DNA of 44,396 nt from NCBI GenBank assembly GCA_029879765.1, contig JAOUPQ010000001.1:1-44396 (forward strand), written 5' to 3'. Below, piece by piece: positions 15,232 through 23,876 of this stretch. The translations under genes were made by a program, and so were the position numbers. Numbering within the stretch: position 1 is the first letter of the stretch; every line of letters begins with the position of its first letter. The notes under the pieces are model-generated. The model did not search any database, was not told the DNA's origin, and was given only the letters and a program-made list of their open reading frames with translations. This DNA comes from Nitrospinota bacterium. Its GTDB lineage: Bacteria > Nitrospinota_A > UBA7883.

Positions 15232-16452
15232 ATGTTCAGTATGATAAAGGAGTTTGGAATAGTGGCCTTTCTTATTCTGGTTATGAATATGCCTGGGATG
15301 GCATGGGGCCAGACAGCGAGCCAAACACCTGAGGGAATTATAGCCGGAAGTTTTTATTTGTTTCCTGTTCTGGAGATTAAAAGGAGACAGGACGACAACA
15401 TATACGCCTTGCCCAATGGCGAAGTGAATGACGAGATAACCACAGCGAAGGCTGGGGTGAGAATCGCGTCTAACTGGTCGAACCATATGCTCAGCCTCCA
15501 GGGCGGTGTGGATCTTGGCAGGTTTACCAAGGAGACCAACGAAGACTATACTGATTTTTCCGTTTTGGCCAGCGCCAGGATTGATATTCTGCGTGGAGTG
15601 AATATTGGCGCGAACTTTGGGATGAGCGCATTGCATGAAGATCGTGGATCGCCCAACGATCTTTCTGGCAGTGAACCGACCAGATACGGTCTAGTGTCCG
15701 GTGGATTGAGTTTTAAACATGAAGTCTCCGCGTTAAGCCTTCATGCCGACATAAAAACAGAAGTATACAGTTATAACGATACTCCCACCTCCGCCCTGAT
15801 CGATGTGGATCAGAAGGGGCGAAACAGGATCCAGATGGAGGGGACAACCCGCCTTAGCCTGAAGATCATGGATCTGAATTCCTTTTTCATACAGGGGAAA
15901 TACTTCGCCAGAGATTATGAATTCAGAGACAAGTCCAAATATGGATATGACCGCAATTCCGGCGGATATGAAGCGACCTTAGGTTATAAACGGGAATTTT
16001 CCAATACATCATTGATGGAATTGCAGTTTGGACAAAGGGATCAGCAGTATTTGGATGAGGAACTGCCAGACATCAGCGGCCTGCAGATAACCGGATTGCT
16101 TTCCTTGAATCCGTCGCCGCTGACCCACTTTAGGTTATTCGTGAACAGATCTATCGAGGAGACGGTCATGAGTGATGTCTCCGGTTATTTCACCACCAAC
16201 TATGGGGTCAAGTTGGATAAGGAATTTCTCTCCATATTCCTTATGAAGGCCAGCTATTCCCATAATGACCTGGATTATCAGGGGGTGGACAGAAAAGATA
16301 CCCTCAAAACCGCCGAAGTGGGGCTGTATGTCTTCATGGGCAGCTATATTTCCTTCGGGGCTTCATACCAGAATATTAACCGGAGTTCCACGGCGGAGGG
16401 GATGGATTATCAAAAAAGTGTTGTAATGGTCTGTCTTAGTGGAAGAATATAG
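15232..16452 (+). CDS. outer-membrane beta-barrel protein associated with polysaccharide export
   Basis: GAGGAA RBS. Signal peptide ...LVMNMPGMAWG|Q. Alternating beta-strand-like pattern rich in Y/G/N/S/D turns. No Cys motifs. Immediately upstream of the OPX gene. Confidence 0.55.
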   Translation: MFSMIKEFGIVAFLILVMNMPGMAWGQTASQTPEGIIAGSFYLFPVLEIKRRQDDNIYALPNGEVNDEITTAKAGVRIASNWSNHMLSLQGGVDLGRFTKETNEDYTDFSVLASARIDILRGVNIGANFGMSALHEDRGSPNDLSGSEPTRYGLVSGGLSFKHEVSALSLHADIKTEVYSYNDTPTSALIDVDQKGRNRIQMEGTTRLSLKIMDLNSFFIQGKYFARDYEFRDKSKYGYDRNSGGYEATLGYKREFSNTSLMELQFGQRDQQYLDEELPDISGLQITGLLSLNPSPLTHFRLFVNRSIEETVMSDVSGYFTTNYGVKLDKEFLSIFLMKASYSHNDLDYQGVDRKDTLKTAEVGLYVFMGSYISFGASYQNINRSSTAEGMDYQKSVVMVCLSGRI

Positions 16453-16497
16453 CACTTATAGGCTGCATAACCCGTTTAGAAATAGTATAATAAAAAG

Positions 16498-17070
16498 ATG
16501 GTGTTAAACAGCAAAGTGCTTGGCATGGTTATGTTTCTGTTGGCGATAGGTTCGTTTGGAGATGGAATAAACGCCCAGACCGTGTCGTTGAAGGAACAGT
16601 TGAGCGACAATAGCCAATATACCCTGGGACCCGGGGACATACTACGGATCACGGTTTTCAAACACAATGACCTTTCCGGTGATTACAGGGTTGATGGGAC
16701 GGGAAATGTGTCTTTTCCTCTGGTGGGTAACATCATGGCCAGCGGCGCCACTGTAAGCCAGTTCCAAAGCATTCTTGTGGAGAAGCTGAAAGCCGGATTC
16801 CTGGTGAACCCAAACGTAAGCATCGAGGTAACGAACTTCCGGCCTTTCTTCATCCTGGGGGAGGTAAACAGCCCGGGCAATTACCCCTATCAGAGCAGCA
16901 TTACAGTAATAAACGCCGTGGCCCTGGCCGGTGGCTTTACAAACCGGGCGGACAAGGGCGATATTACTATCACAAGGATCGTTGAAGGAAAAGAAGTAAA
17001 AATGCAGGCTTCTCTTAGCCAGGTGGTGTTGCCTGGCGACACGATAGAAGTTTCGCAGAGGTTGTTTTGA
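16498..17070 (+). CDS. short polysaccharide export protein (OPX; Poly_export + SLBB, no Wza-type C-terminal OM helix)
   Basis: YTLGPGDILRITVF...DYRVDGTGNVSFPLVGNIMASGATVSQ...L......NPNVSIEV......FFILGEVNSPGNYPY....TVINAVALAGGFT is the classic OPX signature. Only 190 aa long. Confidence 0.88.
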   Translation: MVLNSKVLGMVMFLLAIGSFGDGINAQTVSLKEQLSDNSQYTLGPGDILRITVFKHNDLSGDYRVDGTGNVSFPLVGNIMASGATVSQFQSILVEKLKAGFLVNPNVSIEVTNFRPFFILGEVNSPGNYPYQSSITVINAVALAGGFTNRADKGDITITRIVEGKEVKMQASLSQVVLPGDTIEVSQRLF

Positions 17071-17119
17071 ACTGTTATGGAAAGATCGCCAGTGTAAGGA
17101 TGGCTGATAAATATTTATT

Positions 17120-19357
17120 ATGAGTGAAGAAGGACATTACCCCGATTTTGCGCTCGACACGCAAGAAGAGAGCGACGGCCTCTATTTCGTCTGGTGGTCG
17201 GCCCTGGTCCATAAACGACTGATATTCTGGATCTGTTTCGGCATTCTTTTCATCACTGTCCTGGTGCTTATGCAGCTGACCCCCCTGTACACCTCCTCCT
17301 CCATGATCTTTCTGGAATCGAGCGTGGTCAAGGTGGTGGATCTGGAAGCTGCCATGGATCAAAACTACGGGGACCGGTACAAGGTGAAAAGCGAAATGGA
17401 GATGATCAAGTCTCCTGAGCTGGCCAAACGGGTTATAAGCAAACTTAAGCTTGGCCAGAAAGATGAATTCAAGGCCTCTTCCCGGGAGCAGTCTATTATC
17501 CGAAGCTTGGTGAATTTGGTTTTGCCGACCGACTGGTCCGAGGGCCTGGCCAACTCCGTCTTGGGCCAGGCGCCTCCCGAGCATGACGAACAGACCCAGA
17601 ATTCCAAGGTCCTGGAAAAATACCTCAAACGTCTGGATGTGGATTCGATCAAGGAATCGCTGGTCATAAAGGTCAGCTTCACCTCCCAGGATCCCAAACT
17701 GGCGGCCCAGGTGGCCAACACCATAGCCGACGAATATACGTCCATGCAGGTGGAACTGAAACTGATGGAGGCTAAAAAGGCCAATTACTGGCTGAAGGAC
17801 CGGCTGGTGGAGCTTAAGGAGAAACTCGAGGCGAGCGAGAACGCCATCGGCGAGTATTTGAAGGATCATACGCTCTTTGAAGCGGGGGGCAAGACCATGG
17901 ACGCCCAGCAGATGTCGGAGATCAACAGCCAGCTTATCATCGCCAAGAGCCAACTGGCCCAGGCCTCCGCCAAGCACAGACATCTGCAAAAGCTGTATGA
18001 GCATGGCGACACCAGGAAAATGGTGGCGGCAGAGGAGGTGCTGGCCTCCCCGGTTATCCAGAAGCTGCGTATTCAGGAGGCGGAGCTGTCCAGCCGGATT
18101 TCGGAGCTGTCCGGGGAGTATGGCGAAAAACATCCGGTGATGATAAACGCCAAAGCCCAGTATCAGGACATAAAGAAAGAGATACGGAATGAAGTCAGCA
18201 ATATTGTAAAATCGCTGGAAAATAACGTGGACGTGGCCCGGGTGAAGGTCTATTCCCTGCAGGACGAGCTTACCAAGGTCGTGTCAAATACGGGGCTGGA
18301 GACCGAAGCCAGAATCAAACTCAAAGCCATGGAGCGGGAAGCCAGCGCCAACCGGAATCTCTATGAGCAGTTCCTAAGCCGGTTCAAGGAAACCAACGAA
18401 GGCCAGAACCTGGAACAACCCGAATCCAGGATCGTGGCCCGGGGCGAAGTGCCCCTCCACAAATCCTTTCCGAAAAGCGGCAACATACTGGGTGGGTCGC
18501 TGTTTTTCTCCCTTTTGATGGGGGTCATGATCTCCTTCCTGGTGGAAAGAAGAAACATAACCCAGGGGTTTATGAACCAGGAGCAGATCAAGTCTATTCT
18601 GGGAGTCAAGGTGCTCGGCGCAGTGCCGGAGTTGGAGTCGCTGGAAATATATGATACTACCCCGGAAGAATGTATCACTGTCTTTCCCTACTCCCCCTAT
18701 TCAGAGGCTGTCCGTTCTATCGCCACTTCGCTATATATAAACTCCACGGAACGAGGGGAGAAAACCTTCTTGTTCACATCCTCCCTGCCGGAAGAGGGAA
18801 AGACCGCCCTTTCCATATCCCTCGCCCGATCCTGCGCCCTGGATTCGTACAAGGTGCTGCATATCGATTTCGACCTGCGCAAGCCGAAAGTGCAAACCCG
18901 GATAAAAGCCAGAACCCAATTCGGCATTCTGGATGTGCTGGAGCGAAAGTGTAAAATCAGCGACGCCATCCTGGTGGACAAGTCCGGCGCCCATTTCATA
19001 ACCAGCGGCGCCAGAAAAGTGAACAAGCCTTTCTCCCTGCGGGTGGCCCATATAAAAGCCATGCTCAGCAGTTTGTCCAAACACTACGACATCATCCTGC
19101 TCGATTCAGCCCCGGTCCTGCCTGTGGGGGACACCCGGTCTTTGGCCCAATGTGTGGATTCGGTCATATACCTGGCGAAATGGAAAATCACCAAGCGCGA
19201 GGCTGTGCAGACGGGGGTGCGAATCCTCATAGACCATAACGCCAAAATGGGCGGGATTGTGCTCACCTCGCTGGATGTGACGGAAAACAACCGGTATTAC
19301 GGATACAAGAAGACATACTACTACTACGGCGACTCCTACAAACACAACTACGGTTGA
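17120..19357 (+). CDS. polysaccharide co-polymerase / chain-length determinant fused to BY-type tyrosine autokinase (Wzc/GumC-like)
   Basis: N-terminal TM plus Wzz-like region and long periplasmic coiled coils, then a second TM. Walker A-like SSLPEEGKT and Walker A'/B-like IILLDSAPVLPVGDT. C-terminal tyrosine cluster YYGYKKTYYYYGDSYKHNYG. Confidence 0.88.
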   Translation: MSEEGHYPDFALDTQEESDGLYFVWWSALVHKRLIFWICFGILFITVLVLMQLTPLYTSSSMIFLESSVVKVVDLEAAMDQNYGDRYKVKSEMEMIKSPELAKRVISKLKLGQKDEFKASSREQSIIRSLVNLVLPTDWSEGLANSVLGQAPPEHDEQTQNSKVLEKYLKRLDVDSIKESLVIKVSFTSQDPKLAAQVANTIADEYTSMQVELKLMEAKKANYWLKDRLVELKEKLEASENAIGEYLKDHTLFEAGGKTMDAQQMSEINSQLIIAKSQLAQASAKHRHLQKLYEHGDTRKMVAAEEVLASPVIQKLRIQEAELSSRISELSGEYGEKHPVMINAKAQYQDIKKEIRNEVSNIVKSLENNVDVARVKVYSLQDELTKVVSNTGLETEARIKLKAMEREASANRNLYEQFLSRFKETNEGQNLEQPESRIVARGEVPLHKSFPKSGNILGGSLFFSLLMGVMISFLVERRNITQGFMNQEQIKSILGVKVLGAVPELESLEIYDTTPEECITVFPYSPYSEAVRSIATSLYINSTERGEKTFLFTSSLPEEGKTALSISLARSCALDSYKVLHIDFDLRKPKVQTRIKARTQFGILDVLERKCKISDAILVDKSGAHFITSGARKVNKPFSLRVAHIKAMLSSLSKHYDIILLDSAPVLPVGDTRSLAQCVDSVIYLAKWKITKREAVQTGVRILIDHNAKMGGIVLTSLDVTENNRYYGYKKTYYYYGDSYKHNYG

Positions 19358-19385
19358 TCCTCCTCCGGAACGGGGGCAGAATAAA

Positions 19386-20012
19386 ATGAAACTCCACTCC
19401 GCCAGATATCTTCCCCTCCTGTTCGGCATGGCCCTTGCGCTATACGCCGCCCCCAGGCTTGTTGAAAGCCTCATACACCTGCCGGGAGACTCCACCCTGG
19501 GACAGATGGAAAACAGCATGGAGGTCCAGCAAGCAGGCCTGGAAGTCCTGATCCAATCCAGAGAGATGTCTTCTGCGGTATCAGAATCCGGCGAGGGATG
19601 GAATGAGATATCCATGGCCCGCATCCACCTGGCCAACAAACAGCCGGCAGGCTCCCCAAAAAGGGGAGAGATAATGGCCCAGGCCCTGGAGGCCCAACAG
19701 ACCGCCCTCTCGCTCCAACCCGCCAATCCCCATGCATGGCTTCGGCTGGCGTATATAAACGTAAAGCTGGAGCAGAAGGGAAAAGCCGCCGCGGCCATGG
19801 ACATGTCATACCGCACCGGCCCCTATGAACTGCAACTGGCGGAGTATCGGCTTTCCATGAGCGCATATCTGTGGGAAAATCTGGGAGACGACACCAGGAT
19901 GATGGTATATGAAGAGGCCAGGTTGCTGCAGGAGCAAAAGCCCAAAAGACTGGCGGCGCTGATGGAGAAAAATTCCATCATCCGTGAAATAGCGACGGCC
20001 ATAAAACAATAG
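19386..20012 (+). CDS. membrane-anchored hypothetical protein with TPR-like helical repeats
   Basis: N-terminal hydrophobic anchor YLPLLFGMALALYAAP. Includes the TPR-like segment AQALEAQQTALSLQPANPHAWLRLAYINVKLEQKGKA. No other motif recognised. Confidence 0.4.
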   Translation: MKLHSARYLPLLFGMALALYAAPRLVESLIHLPGDSTLGQMENSMEVQQAGLEVLIQSREMSSAVSESGEGWNEISMARIHLANKQPAGSPKRGEIMAQALEAQQTALSLQPANPHAWLRLAYINVKLEQKGKAAAAMDMSYRTGPYELQLAEYRLSMSAYLWENLGDDTRMMVYEEARLLQEQKPKRLAALMEKNSIIREIATAIKQ

Positions 20013-20076
20013 GGAGGCAGCCATTGCCGCCCACCGCGCAGGGTGGATTATGGCTGGGGAATCCGCCGACCGAGGA

Positions 20077-21486
20077 TCAACTCTGGCGCGATGAAAAAGA
20101 GCGGGCGCAGGCGGCCCCGGCAATGGCGGAAAAAGTGGCGGCGACAGCCGGGATCTGCATGGAGAACTCGAACAGGGAATGCGTCCCCACCAGCGCCATG
20201 GCGCAAAGACCAACCGCGGAGAACACTCTTCCCCTGCCTCTGCGAAAAACACCCCGGAGCAGGATGACAAACATGGCCAGAAAGACGGCCAAAAGGGCCA
20301 GTGAAACTGGAACACCCAATTCCATGGCGGTTTCCAGATACACGTTATGCGCCTGATCTATCTGGTGATAAAGCCCTATATTTTTGTGCCGCTTTATGGA
20401 GTGAATATACGCTCCGTGACCCACTCCCGACCAGGGGCGAAAAGCGATCCCCTCTTCGGTGATCTCATATATGGCGAATCGCAGCACGCCGCTCTCCTCC
20501 AGACGCTCCATCCGCTTTTCGAAACCATACCCGCCCACCATGTACACAAGAGCTGTCAGCCCTGCAAGAGCCACGGCCAGACCGGCGCGAATGGCCAAAG
20601 CCCACCTGGAGGACAAAACAAAAATCAATAAGTAGAGCGCCACGGCAAGAAAAGTGAAAATAAGGCCCGCCCTGGAATGGGAAAGCACAATCCCGCTGAC
20701 AAGGATGGCGAAAGCGAGAGATATGACAATCACATTAACCCCCAGGTCGCCGGTTTCCTCGGAGCTGATTTGGGCGCTTTCCCCCACCGAGGATAATAGA
20801 CGCGGGATTCTGTCCGCTGTCAAGCCGAGAAGGCAAACAAGCCCCAGCCCCGCGTATGTGGCGAAATGGTTGTGGTTGAGGAAAGTGGACACCACATCAT
20901 CTTCAAAATAGCGCGCCAGCTCCTCCTGCTTGTACCAAAGGATCATCCTGGCGCCGGACAGATAAATGATTATTCCATACAGCGAATAGGCGACGGCCCC
21001 AGCGGTGATCCAGGAATAAAGCTGCCTGGCCCGGCTGTGGCGTCGGCATAGAGTAAGGGACAGATAAAACAAGGCGCCATAAGCGGCCAGCCGCATCAAG
21101 GCGGTCCTGGTGGCGGCCGGATCCAGGCTCATCCATGGCGCCACCGGTTCTTCCAGCGCGGCGGCGGTCTGGCTCCACAGCGGATCCTCCCAACCCTCCG
21201 GCGGAGGCAGATAGGCCTGGGCGGCGGACCAGGCAAGGACCAGGAGAAAAGGCGCCACCACCCACCAAAAGACCCCGGAGGGAAAGAGACTTTTGGAGGA
21301 GTCTTTGACCATCAACGCCCCCAGCCATAAGGTCAGGATACCAGCCGCCATCGCCAGGATGGACCAGGACCAGGGCCTGTTGGAGCCCAGGGGAAGAGGG
21401 CAGGCCAGCAGCAATATTATAAAGGAGTACAGGATGGTTTTTTCCCGGCCCAACATTGCGCGGAACCTGATTGGCATATGTGGCAA
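20077..21486 (-). CDS. O-antigen ligase-like / Wzy_C family polytopic membrane protein
   Basis: About 10-12 TM segments. Wzy_C-type motifs: LSHSRAGLIFTFLAVALYLL and HQIDQAHNVYLETAMELGVPV. Confidence 0.8.
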   Translation of the reverse strand: MPHMPIRFRAMLGREKTILYSFIILLLACPLPLGSNRPWSWSILAMAAGILTLWLGALMVKDSSKSLFPSGVFWWVVAPFLLVLAWSAAQAYLPPPEGWEDPLWSQTAAALEEPVAPWMSLDPAATRTALMRLAAYGALFYLSLTLCRRHSRARQLYSWITAGAVAYSLYGIIIYLSGARMILWYKQEELARYFEDDVVSTFLNHNHFATYAGLGLVCLLGLTADRIPRLLSSVGESAQISSEETGDLGVNVIVISLAFAILVSGIVLSHSRAGLIFTFLAVALYLLIFVLSSRWALAIRAGLAVALAGLTALVYMVGGYGFEKRMERLEESGVLRFAIYEITEEGIAFRPWSGVGHGAYIHSIKRHKNIGLYHQIDQAHNVYLETAMELGVPVSLALLAVFLAMFVILLRGVFRRGRGRVFSAVGLCAMALVGTHSLFEFSMQIPAVAATFSAIAGAACARSFSSRQS

Positions 21487-21669
21487 AACCCCTTATCAAA
21501 AAGTTGGCGGCGCAACAGCGCTTTCCCGGTCGCCGGTTCCATGATAGTGGCAAATGAAAATAGCGACTGTTTCAGCTTATCAGGAAGATGCAGGATTTGC
21601 CATAATGGAAGGGAAGAAGGAACCGAGGCGAATATATCCCCGCGCGGCAAACGCGGGATCTATAATTAA

Positions 21670-21879
21670 ATGACGATTGGGCAAAGCGAAATGTTAAAGA
21701 CTGTATTTATGATTGTGGGGATCGTGATGATCTTTGAGGGGATTCCATATTTCACCATGCCGGACAAGCTGAAGGCGTTGATGGCCCAGATCATGGAAAT
21801 GGAGGACAGCAACCTGCGGGTGATGGGCTTCATGATGATGATAGGGGGCCTGGGGCTTTTGGCCTTGAGCAAAATATGA
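21670..21879 (+). CDS. DUF2065 (YjeT-like) small membrane protein
   Basis: MLKTVFMIVGIVMIFEGIPYFTMPDKLKALMAQI...LRVMGFMMMIGGLGLL resembles E. coli YjeT (LEGLGPMLYP...LRRFGGGLVV). The true start may be ATG 21691. Confidence 0.72.
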   Translation: MTIGQSEMLKTVFMIVGIVMIFEGIPYFTMPDKLKALMAQIMEMEDSNLRVMGFMMMIGGLGLLALSKI

Positions 21880-22814
21880 TAACCGTTGTCTTGGTGGTCA
21901 CCGGTCTTCTCCTGGCCGCGCTGGGGCTGTTTCTTCTCTTCCTGTACACCATCCGATGGTACGATCTTTCCATAAACCGGTTCGATCCGGCTTTCTCCAT
22001 GACAAAGACGGTGACCCGCCAATTCTGGCGGCCAGTCCGGTCATTTGTGGCGGAGTATGTTTATTGCGTGGCAAATGGGTTTTTTCTGCTGGCGGGGGGC
22101 GCTCTGCGGCTATCTGGCCGTCGAAGCTCCATCCCCTCCGGAGCGAGCGCCGTCAAGGGGGCGCCCTTGGTGGTGCTTATCCATGGATTGATGAGCACCG
22201 GCGCCAATATGTGGGTAATGAAGCAGCGATTGCGGTTTCGGGGGATAAGGAATATCGCCATTTACGATTACCCATCCACCCGGGGAAGCCTGGAGGAAAA
22301 ACGCGACAAACTGCGCGACTTTATCGTGGCCGCCCATGAAGCCACCGGCGCCCAGGGAGTGGCGCTGATCGGCCACAGCATGGGGGGAGTGATCGCCCAT
22401 GACTATGCATGCGAATATGGAACCGAGCGGGGAGGAGTGGTGGCGCTGGTGACCACTGGAGCCCCGCTGCGGGGAAGCCGCCTGGCGGCCCTGGGCCTCT
22501 CCTCCGCCGGCAGGGCGCTGCACCCGCAGAATCCTTATTTCACCAGAACCTCTTCTCGTCGGCCCCAGGCGCCCTTCTTCTGCATCGGCGCGGTATATGA
22601 TGAACTGGTGATCCCATACACCAACTCCTCCCATCCCCTGGCGGACAGCTTCGAGGTGGTGGACATATGCGGGCATGCGGGCCTGCTATACAGCAGCTCT
22701 TCCTTTGCCCTGGTGATGCAGGCTCTGCGGGCGGCGCTTCCTGACGAAGCGGGCGAGGAAACCGGGCCGGTTCCGGATCGCTTGTCAGGCGAAGTGGAAT
22801 CTGGGAAAATCTAG
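21876..22814 (+). CDS. membrane-anchored alpha/beta hydrolase (lipase/esterase-like)
   Basis: N-terminal TM MITVVLVVTGLLLAALGLFLLFLY. Oxyanion-hole region VVLIHGL. Nucleophile elbow GHSMGG (ALIGHSMGGVIAHDY). The start overlaps the DUF2065 stop (ATGA). Confidence 0.75.
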   Translation: MITVVLVVTGLLLAALGLFLLFLYTIRWYDLSINRFDPAFSMTKTVTRQFWRPVRSFVAEYVYCVANGFFLLAGGALRLSGRRSSIPSGASAVKGAPLVVLIHGLMSTGANMWVMKQRLRFRGIRNIAIYDYPSTRGSLEEKRDKLRDFIVAAHEATGAQGVALIGHSMGGVIAHDYACEYGTERGGVVALVTTGAPLRGSRLAALGLSSAGRALHPQNPYFTRTSSRRPQAPFFCIGAVYDELVIPYTNSSHPLADSFEVVDICGHAGLLYSSSSFALVMQALRAALPDEAGEETGPVPDRLSGEVESGKI

Positions 22815-22838
22815 CTATAAAGTAAAAAGGAATAAACC

Positions 22839-23144
22839 ATGTTTGGAATTGGATTTACGGAAATGATGGTCATCCTGGTGGTGGCCCTGGTGGTGCTGGG
22901 GCCCTCGAAGCTGCCGGAGATCGCCCGAAGCCTGGGTAGAGGTTATGCAGAACTCACCCGGTCGATGCGCGAAGTGCGCTCGGAGGTGGACAGGGCCGGG
23001 ATGTCCATGGAGGAAGAGCGCAAAATATTCCAGTCGCCAAACACCATGGTGGACAAAATAATGCAGACCACTTTCCCGGAGCAGGAAAAAGAGGAGCCAA
23101 AACCCAAGGCCCCGGATAATGAAGGGGACGGAGCAAAGGGATGA
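22839..23144 (+). CDS. tatB: Sec-independent (twin-arginine) translocase subunit, TatB-like
   Basis: MFGIGFTEMMVILVVALVVLGPSKLPEIARSLGR has Glu8 and the G-P hinge typical of TatB, followed by an amphipathic helix. No tatA or tatC in the window. Confidence 0.8.
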   Translation: MFGIGFTEMMVILVVALVVLGPSKLPEIARSLGRGYAELTRSMREVRSEVDRAGMSMEEERKIFQSPNTMVDKIMQTTFPEQEKEEPKPKAPDNEGDGAKG

Positions 23145-23222
23145 AACCGGAACCGGCGCCGCCCACCATGCCAGAGCCATCCATTGTCCCGGGCTGACCA
23201 ACCCGGAATCCACCAGAAAATG

Positions 23223-23266
23223 CCTCCTGCCTGTCCCTATTGGGCAAAGGAGGTGAATCATTTTTT
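23223..23266 (+). terminator. possible intrinsic terminator after tatB
   Basis: CCTCCTGCC (23223-23231) pairs with GGCAaaGGAGG (23243-23253, 2-nt bulge) across an 11-nt loop. TTTTTT lies at 23261-23266, 7 nt after the stem, which is sub-optimal. Confidence 0.3.
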
Positions 23267-23363
23267 CCGTACCGTAATCAATACATAATATTGTGTGTTC
23301 CCTGGGGCTGAATGCGGCGGTGAGGGTATAACATAAGGATCGGAAAAGAAAGATTGTCCTGAC

Positions 23364-23816
23364 ATGAGCCAAGACACGGAAAAAAAAGAAGCGGATCCTT
23401 CTGGCGAAAAGAACAAGAATACCGCCCTGCTGGTGGTGGGGACCGAGGATGGCTTTTCCCCCATGCTTATGGACTACTCTCTCGGATTGGCCCAGAGACT
23501 TGGCTATTCCATAGTGGCCCTGAACCTTTTCCGATTGGGGAAAAGGGAGATGCGGCGGTATCAGGGGGAAGCGGGGGAAAAGCTGCTTGATATCCTTCGG
23601 GATCAGGCCCGGGCCTCCACGGAAAAATTCGGGGGCCAGGCATGGACCAGGAAAGTGCAATTCAAAAGCGAATGGGGCATGGGCCAGCTGGACCAGGTCA
23701 CCAGGCAGATCATGGCCAGGGAAGGGAATATCAGGCTGGTGCTGGTGGAGCCGGAATATTTTGGGGAGAGTGACGAGAAAAACATGTCCATCCCCACGTT
23801 CATGTATTCTGATTGA
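23364..23816 (+). CDS. hypothetical protein, USP-like fold suspected
   Basis: ALLVVGTEDGFSPMLMDYSLGLAQRLGYSIVALNLF and ...GNIRLVLVEPEY resemble the first and last beta-alpha elements of universal stress proteins. I could not find the G-x2-G-x9-G(S/T) ATP motif. Confidence 0.4.
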   Translation: MSQDTEKKEADPSGEKNKNTALLVVGTEDGFSPMLMDYSLGLAQRLGYSIVALNLFRLGKREMRRYQGEAGEKLLDILRDQARASTEKFGGQAWTRKVQFKSEWGMGQLDQVTRQIMAREGNIRLVLVEPEYFGESDEKNMSIPTFMYSD

Positions 23817-23876
23817 TATTGCCATGGGAGAGGACGAAATGAGCCGGGGAATGGTGGAAACAAAAATGAGGGAAAG

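Noticed and set aside
17075-18133. 352-aa minus-strand ORF opposite the PCP/BY-kinase gene
   Set aside because: It is antisense to the coiled-coil region, and the Leu/Gln/Gly-rich sequence mirrors that region. No independent support.
23243-23281. Strong Shine-Dalgarno-like AAGGAGGTGA in the tatB downstream region, suggesting a hidden mini-ORF
   Set aside because: No ATG, GTG or TTG lies at suitable spacing. Only ATC/ATT codons follow, with a stop after 6 codons. The sequence is better explained as the 3' arm of the hairpin after tatB.
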